NCBI GenBank assembly: GCA_038064195.1
Contig: JBBTTO010000002.1
Coordinates: 630,615 to 694,614, forward strand
DNA from: Patescibacteria group bacterium
GTDB taxonomy: Bacteria; Patescibacteriota; Microgenomatia; Levybacterales; UBA12049
Direction: 5' to 3'
DNA length: 64,000 bases
Shown here: positions 57,724 to 64,000 of the stretch, piece by piece
Position numbering within the stretch: the stretch's first letter is position 1
How the letters are laid out: each line of letters begins with the position of its first letter
Notes under the pieces: model-generated
What the model was told of the DNA's origin: nothing
The model's input: the letters and a program-made list of their open reading frames with translations, nothing else
Databases searched by the model: none
Program-made: the position numbers and the translations under genes

Positions 57724-58551
57724 CTAGACTAATGCTCTTCCCATATGTACACTAGCTACAGTAATAGGAATAGGATGTGCTGACAAAGATGCGCCCACTG
57801 TGGCATAGGCCTCATCGGTAAATGCTAACAACCTGTCACTTGGTACCATATCTGTAACACGAGACACAGACGTGTGAAATATGTCATCCCATCCATATGG
57901 AAAACCAAATCCTCCGGGAAAGTCTATTTGCTCTTCTCGCTCAAACACAGTCGCAGCTCTTCCCAAAACATGCTTAGTCTTGCCTGGGTTGTCTGGATCC
58001 GCGAAGTTAGTACCAACAATTGCCTCAATTGCCTTTCGCGCCTTATAAGGGGCTCCTTGCTCATCATCGAATTCACCGGCACAAATATAACTATTTGGCC
58101 CAACCACCAATGTATCCATATGGAAGGTCAAACCAGTAAGATATTTGGATATCAACCCCAGATGAGACCTATTTGACAGGAGATAAGCATCCATTTGTGC
58201 TTGATCCTCTGGAGAAAGATCTTTATACGGACTATTGAATAGAGTTACGTGAGGCATCAAGTCTCCTGCTCCAGCAAAGACTGCAGGAACTTCATAGGTA
58301 GAAGCAAGCTCTTGTAGAGGACCAACCACTTGTTCAATTACTTGTTGCTGGGATGGCGCTTCAAGCTCAAACCCGCCCGCAAAAAGATTCTTAAATGAAT
58401 CAGGAAACCCAGCAAATGGAGTATATTTGCCACTTTCAAATGCTTCTCGCCCTTGCTGACGTCTGAGGTTGATTTTGGCGGTATAAGCTGCCTGCATTGC
58501 ATCCACCACCGCTTCATCTCTTACCGGATAAACTCTCTGCTCTGCTGACAT
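57724..58551 (-). CDS. hypothetical protein with two H-x-T/S-x motifs (possible 2H phosphoesterase fold)
   Basis: PHVTLFNSP near residue 95 and IFHTSVSRV near residue 225. Otherwise no recognisable domain. Divergent from the third GIY-YIG gene. Confidence 0.4.
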   Translation of the reverse strand: MSAEQRVYPVRDEAVVDAMQAAYTAKINLRRQQGREAFESGKYTPFAGFPDSFKNLFAGGFELEAPSQQQVIEQVVGPLQELASTYEVPAVFAGAGDLMPHVTLFNSPYKDLSPEDQAQMDAYLLSNRSHLGLISKYLTGLTFHMDTLVVGPNSYICAGEFDDEQGAPYKARKAIEAIVGTNFADPDNPGKTKHVLGRAATVFEREEQIDFPGGFGFPYGWDDIFHTSVSRVTDMVPSDRLLAFTDEAYATVGASLSAHPIPITVASVHMGRALV

Positions 58552-58637
58552 ACGAGGGGATTATATGAAAGATTGGGTAGAGAAGCAAATTAACAAGAGT
58601 TTGCGAGGCTAAGGCTAACTTGCTACAATACCTATAC

Positions 58638-58701
58638 GCGCCTGTACCCGCCTGCCATCCGGCTGGAGCCGTCAGGCGACTGGCGGGCAGGGCTCAGCGG
58701 A
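58638..58701 (+). repeat. split duplicate of the tRNA-Arg(TCT) 5' end (GCGCCTGTA … GCTCAGCGGA), interrupted by a 45-nt GC-rich imperfect palindrome
   Basis: Removing 58647..58691 (CCCGCCTGCCATCCGGCTGGAGCCGTCAGGCGACTGGCGGGCAGG) leaves 19 nt identical to positions 1–19 of the tRNA at 58946. It ends 1 nt before the GIY-YIG ATG. Confidence 0.6.
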
Positions 58702-58702
58702 C

Positions 58703-58939
58703 ATGTTTTATACATATGTATTAAAGAGTTTATTCGATAATAAGTTATACGTGGGTTTTACTGATAATATAGAACGAAGGTTAGACGAGCATAATAATGG
58801 TCTAGTAACTGCAACAAAATCGAGGAGACCTTTAAAATTAATCTATTATGAAGCTACTCTTAGTCAAGAAAAAGCCATAATGAGAGAGAAATATTTTAAA
58901 TCTGGTTTCGGGAGAAATTTTTTGAAAACAAGAATATAA
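58703..58939 (+). CDS. small standalone GIY-YIG nuclease family protein
   Basis: MFYTYVLKSLFDNKLYVGFTDNIERRLDEHNNGLV…IYYEA…R. Clear paralog of 43852..44118. Stop 6 nt before tRNA-Arg(TCT). Confidence 0.75.
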   Translation: MFYTYVLKSLFDNKLYVGFTDNIERRLDEHNNGLVTATKSRRPLKLIYYEATLSQEKAIMREKYFKSGFGRNFLKTRI

Positions 58940-58945
58940 TTATTT

Positions 58946-59018
58946 GCGCCTGTAGCTCAGCGGATAGAGCATGTCGGTTCTAACGACGGGGTCGGGGGTT
59001 CGAATCCCTCCAGGCGTA
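58946..59018 (+). tRNA. tRNA-Arg(TCT)
   Basis: GCGCCTGTAGCTCAGCGGATAGAGCATGTCGGTTCTAACGACGGGGTCGGGGGTTCGAATCCCTCCAGGCGTA, anticodon loop GTTCTAA. Same G1·U72 acceptor as tRNA-Arg(TCG). Confidence 0.8.
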
Positions 59019-59021
59019 CTC

Positions 59022-59059
59022 AAAAAATCTCTTGAACTGAAGGTTCAGGAGATTTTTTT
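59022..59059. terminator. bidirectional intrinsic terminator (A6 – TCTCTTGAAC/GTTCAGGAGA stem – T7)
   Basis: Read directly, immediately 3' of tRNA-Arg(TCT). Confidence 0.55.
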
Positions 59060-59060
59060 G

Positions 59061-59220
59061 ACTATAATGGGGATTCGAACGGCCGGACTGAACGAGGAAG
59101 TCTCCTGACTGACGAAGTGAGGGAGGCGGGGTCGCGGGGATCGCGAAGCGATAACCTGTGACTCGAATCCTTGACTGCCTACCAGCCAATTCCCAGACGC
59201 GCTAAGCTTCTCAACATCCT
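59061..59220 (+). other. GC-rich ~150-bp non-coding element of unknown nature, preceded by TGacTATAAT
   Basis: Marked GC enrichment versus flanks. Contains a T-arm-like GGGGATTCGAACGGCC on the opposite strand and several short GC hairpins. No ORF with coding character. Does not fold as a tRNA by hand. Confidence 0.3.
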
Positions 59221-59286
59221 TAATTGACAAAAAAAGGTGTTCGATATACTATTGTAAAGGAATAGTGAACCTAGTGCTTTTAAATT

Positions 59287-60279
59287 GTGATTCATCGTTT
59301 TTATAAATATCTTCTCAGTAACCAAGTAATTTTTGCTTTGTTCTTGGTTATTTTTGGCTGGCTACTCTTCCAAACCCGAGGGATTATTACCTCAATTTTT
59401 ATTGCCTATATTATTAACGCTGCGTTGCTTCCGGTTGTACGATATCTTAGGAAGAAAGGCGTGCCACATTTCTTATCTGTTTTTATCCCATTTATTGCCA
59501 TCATTATTGTTATTTTCATGATTATATTTCCCTTAATTCCTTTTATTGTTGACCAAATTAAAGCACTTTTGGCGGGGCTTCCCGGGTATGTCAAACAGGC
59601 AGCTGATATATCCGGCTTATCAGTTGATGCTAATCAAATTCAATCTTATGTTTCTCGAGAAATAGGATCTATTGGCAGTAATGCTTTTAGCGTTACCAGT
59701 AAAGTCTTCGGAGGCTTGTTCTCAACCTTAACAGTCTTGGTGGTTAGCTTTTATTTGATTTTGTACCATGACCGCTTTAAACAAAATATCGCTCAACTAT
59801 TTCATAAAGATGAACGGGAAAGAGTCGTTAACACCTTAAGTCTAGTTGATGACAAATTAGGAGCATGGTTATCAGGTCAAATTGTACTCTCGCTTTTTAT
59901 CGGTATTATTACCTGGATTGCCTTAAGTGCTATTGGGCTGCCATACGCTGTACCACTGGCTATCTTAGCGGGAATTTTGGAGATTGTCCCAACGATTGGA
60001 CCGATTATTTCAGCTATTCCAGCAATTGTTGTTGCCTTGACGGTTTCACCCCCTTTAGCAATTATCGTCGCTCTCATCTACTTTGGAATTCAAATGATAG
60101 AAAATAATCTACTAGTTCCAAAAATTATGCAGCGAGCAGTCGGCTTAAATCCGGTGATTGTTATCCTCGCTGTTATGATTGGGGCCAACTTAATGGGTGT
60201 TATCGGGGCTTTATTGGCAGTACCATTTGTCTCCTTTATTATGGTGTTATTTAGGAGCCTGGCTGAAGACACAAATTAA
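59287..60279 (+). CDS. AI-2E family transporter (PerM / UPF0118)
   Basis: 330 aa with 7–8 TM helices and the conserved family layout. Confidence 0.75.
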   Translation: MIHRFYKYLLSNQVIFALFLVIFGWLLFQTRGIITSIFIAYIINAALLPVVRYLRKKGVPHFLSVFIPFIAIIIVIFMIIFPLIPFIVDQIKALLAGLPGYVKQAADISGLSVDANQIQSYVSREIGSIGSNAFSVTSKVFGGLFSTLTVLVVSFYLILYHDRFKQNIAQLFHKDERERVVNTLSLVDDKLGAWLSGQIVLSLFIGIITWIALSAIGLPYAVPLAILAGILEIVPTIGPIISAIPAIVVALTVSPPLAIIVALIYFGIQMIENNLLVPKIMQRAVGLNPVIVILAVMIGANLMGVIGALLAVPFVSFIMVLFRSLAEDTN

Positions 60280-60304
60280 TATTCTATATCCTTCAAAAAA
60301 TAAG

Positions 60305-60895
60305 CTATTTCTTCTCAGCAATAATAAGCGTCCAGGGAATTGGATGAAGCGCTTTCCTGATTTTCAATTTCTTGCCAACGAATTTTTCAAACTGTAAAAA
60401 TGTCCAGTGATTGATATGCTCAATATCGTTACCAAAGCGGGAAATATTTTTACCCCTTAATAAATTTCCTAACATAAAAAATGGCTCATTAGGCACAGAC
60501 AGGACACAGTATTTTTTAGTCACTCGCACAAGCTCTGCCAGACCTTTCTCCGGATCATCGATGTGTTCAAGCACTTCACTGCAGATGACCACGTCAAATG
60601 AATCAGCCTTATATTGCAGGTCATAAATGCTGCCCTGCTTAAGCGTAAGCTTTGGATGTTCTTTTTTGCCTAATTTGATTGCTAAGTCAAGGAAATCAAC
60701 TCCCTCTAAGTGAGTACCGATCTTCGCTTTACGAAGTTTTTCCAGTGTAAAGCCCTCGCCACAACCTACGTCTAAAATACTTTGCGGATTAAGAACTCGT
60801 ATCTCTTTAAGAAGATTCGCTTCGAAGTTATTGAGTAGTTTTTGCTGCAGTGTACTTGAACTTTTGTGCTTTCTATAATTATCAGTTGTATTCAT
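60305..60895 (-). CDS. class I SAM-dependent methyltransferase
   Basis: Motif I ILDVGCGEGFTLEKL, motif II-like DVVICSEVLEHI. Confidence 0.7.
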   Translation of the reverse strand: MNTTDNYRKHKSSSTLQQKLLNNFEANLLKEIRVLNPQSILDVGCGEGFTLEKLRKAKIGTHLEGVDFLDLAIKLGKKEHPKLTLKQGSIYDLQYKADSFDVVICSEVLEHIDDPEKGLAELVRVTKKYCVLSVPNEPFFMLGNLLRGKNISRFGNDIEHINHWTFLQFEKFVGKKLKIRKALHPIPWTLIIAEKK

Positions 60896-60932
60896 AATTA
60901 GGTATTTATTTTAACAGGTAGGGGAAAGTGCA

Positions 60933-61652
60933 TCAAGAATGAGCTTGTGTGTTATTAGAATTAGTACACACATGAAAAACAGTCGGTTTATGAGTTAAGA
61001 CTTTATCGGAAGGTACTATTTTATTTTCGACTACAAAATTAATACTTTCATTCTTTGCTTGCTCTACCAAAACCTCACGTAAGATTTGTATAACTTGCGG
61101 ATTAAATACCTGCCCAGCCTTATGGACGTTTACGTAAGTGTTCTCACCAGTTAAGACAAAGTATCCATTTGGATCTATGTCAAAGGCAGCTCCAGCAAGA
61201 TGACTACTTTCGCGAGGTGGGGCTGCAAAATACGCCCCTTCTCCTGTAGTTAAAGATGTCTGTAGCTTTTCAGTTCGATACAGACTGGTAATCGCGAGAC
61301 GAATAGTATCAGGATTAAGTCCATATTCTTTCATTTTTTGTGCCCAGAGAAGTGAAATTTCTTCCATCTTTGAAAGCGCTTCAGGTCGCAACTCATCTGG
61401 TTCAGGCTCAAGACCTTTGTCATCTGCTTTTCTTAGTCGCCATATCAACTGATAGTAACTACCTTCATGGGGAACCTTTACAAATGTATTTTCAGGAACT
61501 GATTCTTGGTGTAAGTAACGCTGGTCAGATGGGTACCACTGTCTTTCACGAGCGGTTTCTTTCATAACTCGAAGATATTCTTGATCCCTTGCGTCATTGA
61601 TCTCTTTGACAACCGGAGCAACGGATTGAAAAATTTCTGCGTTATTGTCCAA
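60933..61652 (-). CDS. peptidase M15 (VanY / LAS metallopeptidase)-like protein
   Basis: SSHLAGAAFDI fits the S-x-H-x-x-G-x-A-x-D zinc-binding motif of M15 carboxypeptidases. TTG start, no signal peptide. Tentative. Confidence 0.45.
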   Translation of the reverse strand: MDNNAEIFQSVAPVVKEINDARDQEYLRVMKETARERQWYPSDQRYLHQESVPENTFVKVPHEGSYYQLIWRLRKADDKGLEPEPDELRPEALSKMEEISLLWAQKMKEYGLNPDTIRLAITSLYRTEKLQTSLTTGEGAYFAAPPRESSHLAGAAFDIDPNGYFVLTGENTYVNVHKAGQVFNPQVIQILREVLVEQAKNESINFVVENKIVPSDKVLTHKPTVFHVCTNSNNTQAHS

Positions 61653-61681
61653 AATAAAATAGGTTAGTAAGTCTAGTTATG

Positions 61682-61752
61682 AGCGGGTGAAGGGAATCGA
61701 ACCCTCGTATCAACTTTGGAAAAGTTGTGTTCTACCATTGAACTACACCCGC
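61682..61752 (-). tRNA. tRNA-Gly(TCC)
   Basis: Reverse complement GCGGGTGTAGTTCAATGGTAGAACACAACTTTTCCAAAGTTGATACGAGGGTTCGATTCCCTTCACCCGCT, anticodon loop TTTCCAA. Confidence 0.85.
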
Positions 61753-61839
61753 TAAATGGAACAAACCTCACGGTTGTCTTAACACTTGTCAAGCAAGTGG
61801 ACTCCTTTCAGTCCGTCCCAACGATTTCCCTTTGAGGAT

Positions 61840-61880
61840 AGCAAAATCGACACACGTAAATCAACGATTTTGCTGTTTTT
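61840..61880 (+). terminator. orphan plus-strand intrinsic terminator (10-bp perfect stem AGCAAAATCG/CGATTTTGCT, 15-nt loop, GTTTTT)
   Basis: Read directly. No annotated plus-strand gene upstream; tRNA-Gly(TCC) is on the other strand. Confidence 0.4.
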
Positions 61881-61983
61881 GAAACCTGCTAAAGTCGTCA
61901 GCTTTAAACAATCTCACTGAGTATTATAACATTTTTGTAGCTGAAAATGTCATGAATTTGCCTAAAAGAGGTATAATAAGAGC

Positions 61984-62685
61984 ATGAACATATCTAAATG
62001 GTTTTTTATTCCGCATTCTATCAAACGTAAAGTTTTGCAGCTTTTCCGTTATCAGATACAACCTTTTATGTATGTGGCACTGGGGGACAGTACGGCTGAG
62101 GGGATGGGGGCAAGTAGTCATGACAAAGCATACACCAGTATAATTCACTCATCACTCAAAGAGAGGTATCGCAAGGCAAAATACCATAACTTTGCCAAAA
62201 GTGGAGCAATTCTTAACGACGTCATACACCATCAACTCCCAAGAGCTCTGGCAATAAATCCCAGCCTTATTACTATTTCAGTAGGCGCTAACGACATCAT
62301 CAGACGAACTAAGCCTGAGGAATTTGAAGAAAATCTCTACGAATTACTCAAGACTCTTCAGCAAAAAACAGATGCCACTATCGTTATCTCGACTATCCCT
62401 GATCTCTCACTTACTCCTGCAGTACCGAAGCTACTCAAAACATACAGCCGTTATAAGGCAGGAAAGTTGAATACTATTATCAATAGGGTAGGAAAAGACA
62501 CCAATACCATAACTGTTGATATGTTTGAGGATAGCAGGGCAGTCTTACGGGCTTTTCCTGATGCTATAGCCAGTGACGGCTTCCATCCTTCAGACTTCGG
62601 TTATGCTTTATGGGCAAATACTATTTTGGTAACACTTCATAATGTCCTGGCCCCTGTACCGGAGGAGCCCAAACCGGACGCTTAA
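61984..62685 (+). CDS. SGNH/GDSL hydrolase family protein
   Basis: Block I MYVALGDSTAEG (GDS), and block V DGFHPS (DxxH). Start may be the internal M at ~62071. Confidence 0.65.
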   Translation: MNISKWFFIPHSIKRKVLQLFRYQIQPFMYVALGDSTAEGMGASSHDKAYTSIIHSSLKERYRKAKYHNFAKSGAILNDVIHHQLPRALAINPSLITISVGANDIIRRTKPEEFEENLYELLKTLQQKTDATIVISTIPDLSLTPAVPKLLKTYSRYKAGKLNTIINRVGKDTNTITVDMFEDSRAVLRAFPDAIASDGFHPSDFGYALWANTILVTLHNVLAPVPEEPKPDA

Positions 62686-62734
62686 ATGGAGCCTGTAAGT
62701 TTGAGGGACGATCGATTATACTTAGGGTAGATTC

Positions 62735-64000
62735 ATGAGACGACTACTCAACTTACTAATTTTTCTCCTTTCGGTTTCGTTTTCCCTCCTTACCACAAAT
62801 CAAACAGTTTTCGCGGACTCATCAGTCTCTGTTTTACCAGCTATTACAGTCATTAATATGATCCGGGGTAATGCTCTCGGACGGGAGCGGGTAGATTTAC
62901 TACCACGTCTTCAGGCTCAATGGCAGGATACAAAAGAACATAACATCCAGGCCACCTGGCTCTGGCAGTACGACGCGCTGACCAATCAGAGGCTTACAGA
63001 TTTCGCTAAAACCAATCTTAAAAATCAGGAATTCGGCCTTTTTCTCGAAGTTGACCGGAATCTCACGCAAAAGGCCGGAGTCCTGTATCGGGGTCGGGGA
63101 CCGTGGTATTTCTCAGACGGCTTATTTACTTTCTCATACGATCCCCTTGAAAGAAAACGACTGATCGATACTATATTTGCTCAGTTCAAAACGACATTTG
63201 GCTACTATCCGACAACAGTCGGGGCATGGTGGGTAGATGCAAATGCTCTGAGCTATATGCAGCAAAAATACGGCATTACCGCCTCCTTACGAGCTGCCGA
63301 TCAATACAATTTGGATGTTTATTCGATCTGGGGAACCCTCTGGAGCATTCCCTACCTTGCGTCCATTGATAATGCCGGCATACCTGCCGCAAATCTAACT
63401 ACCAGCTCAAAGGTAGTTATCATGCAATGGGCACCCAGGGATCCGCTGAGAGGGTATGGCTCATTACCTGCTAATGGTACCTATAGCCTGGAGGATTATG
63501 AGCTGAAAAAATATGATAATTCTTACTTTAACTACCTTACCGATATTTATCTTAAAAAGCCGTTGGATCAAGTGGTCATAGGCCTTGAGAACGACCGAGA
63601 TGAGACAACTTTTACTCAGGGAGGTCACTACAATAATCTTCTTGAGGCTGCCACGGCTTTACGTGAAAGCGGCAAAGTAAGTATTAGTCTAGCAAAAGAT
63701 TATGCTCAGGCTTTTTTAGCCAGTAAAAAACTTTTACCCCCCACAAATTATTTCCTCACTACAGATTATAAGGAGGAGGATCAGGCTTTTTGGTATAACA
63801 GTCCAAATTATCGTATCGGGATACAAAAAATCGGGGAGACTATCTCTGTTGTCGACTATCGGGATTATACAAACAAAGCAAAAGAAGATTTTTCTCTCCT
63901 GCCTAATTCTTCGGGAACGCTACGCATTTATACACCGGCAATTATTGACTCTTCTGCTTTCCCTCTGCAAAAAAGAATGTTGGCAACAAGTAAAGAGCCT
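62735..64000 (+). CDS. hypothetical secreted protein, partial (continues past window end)
   Basis: ATG at ~62735 with a signal peptide (MRRLLNLLIFLLSVSFSLLTTNQTVFA). An uninterrupted frame to the last base, so not in the supplied track. No motif recognised. Confidence 0.5.
   Translation, partial: MRRLLNLLIFLLSVSFSLLTTNQTVFADSSVSVLPAITVINMIRGNALGRERVDLLPRLQAQWQDTKEHNIQATWLWQYDALTNQRLTDFAKTNLKNQEFGLFLEVDRNLTQKAGVLYRGRGPWYFSDGLFTFSYDPLERKRLIDTIFAQFKTTFGYYPTTVGAWWVDANALSYMQQKYGITASLRAADQYNLDVYSIWGTLWSIPYLASIDNAGIPAANLTTSSKVVIMQWAPRDPLRGYGSLPANGTYSLEDYELKKYDNSYFNYLTDIYLKKPLDQVVIGLENDRDETTFTQGGHYNNLLEAATALRESGKVSISLAKDYAQAFLASKKLLPPTNYFLTTDYKEEDQAFWYNSPNYRIGIQKIGETISVVDYRDYTNKAKEDFSLLPNSSGTLRIYTPAIIDSSAFPLQKRMLATSKEP

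Noticed and set aside
59061-59160. Possible minus-strand tRNA (GGATTCGAAC T-loop-like motif)
   Set aside because: Flanking sequence cannot form a T-stem or acceptor stem by hand (GGCCG…CCCCA do not pair). Kept only as an unexplained element.
58980-59230. Two minus-strand ORFs (69 and 61 aa) over tRNA-Arg(TCT) and the GC-rich element
   Set aside because: Antisense of a tRNA and a GC-rich non-coding element; Arg/Pro/Gly-rich translation typical of GC-rich noise.
1-64000. CRISPR array, rRNA operon, transposase/integrase, prophage
   Set aside because: No regularly spaced direct repeats, no rRNA-like conserved stretches, and no ORF with DDE, tyrosine-recombinase or terminase motifs were seen on reading both strands.

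Overview
This window reads as a compact, gene-dense, moderately AT-rich bacterial segment in the style of a reduced genome (CPR/Patescibacteria-like). That impression rests on short intergenic spacers, TTG/GTG starts, many single-copy tRNAs, and small versions of HolA and UvrC; it is inferred from sequence only. All coordinates I counted by hand from the printed sequence are approximate to about ±2 nt. ORF coordinates taken from the supplied track are exact.

Conserved core genes present:
- DNA repair and SOS: polX, uvrB divergent from lexA, uvrA, uvrC, rnhB, and a second LexA-like repressor in a cassette with a Y-family polymerase.
- Central metabolism: pyk, eno, ppsA, an ACS-like ligase, pyrG, and a PGI/PMI–cupin–PGM/PMM sugar cluster.
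- Translation and secretion: rplS, secG, rsmI, dus.
- Ten tRNA genes: Asp, Gly ×2, Glu, Lys ×2, Arg ×2, His, and one further Gly.

No rRNA genes, CRISPR array, transposase or integrase were seen.

The unusual content is in the tRNA neighbourhoods:
- Three paralogous small standalone GIY-YIG nuclease genes each sit next to tRNA genes.
- One GIY-YIG gene is bracketed by a 19-nt duplication of the 5' end of the adjacent tRNA-Arg; the upstream copy is split by a 45-nt GC-rich palindromic insert.
- A 17-nt duplicate of the tRNA-Lys(TTT) 3' end bounds a 1.2-kb AT-rich islet.
- A perfect 39-nt repeat carrying an extended −10 motif occurs twice and partially a third time, in front of a GIY-YIG gene, a DUF1905 gene and tRNA-Glu.

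Other loci worth a second look:
- The second lexA-like / small ORF / Y-family polymerase cassette, with a perfect 16-bp palindrome at its predicted promoter.
- A standalone Clp-N protein, a large HD-domain protein and a 2H phosphoesterase clustered together.
- An ATP-cone–Mrr-like nuclease fusion.
- A GC-rich ~150-bp non-coding element beside tRNA-Arg.
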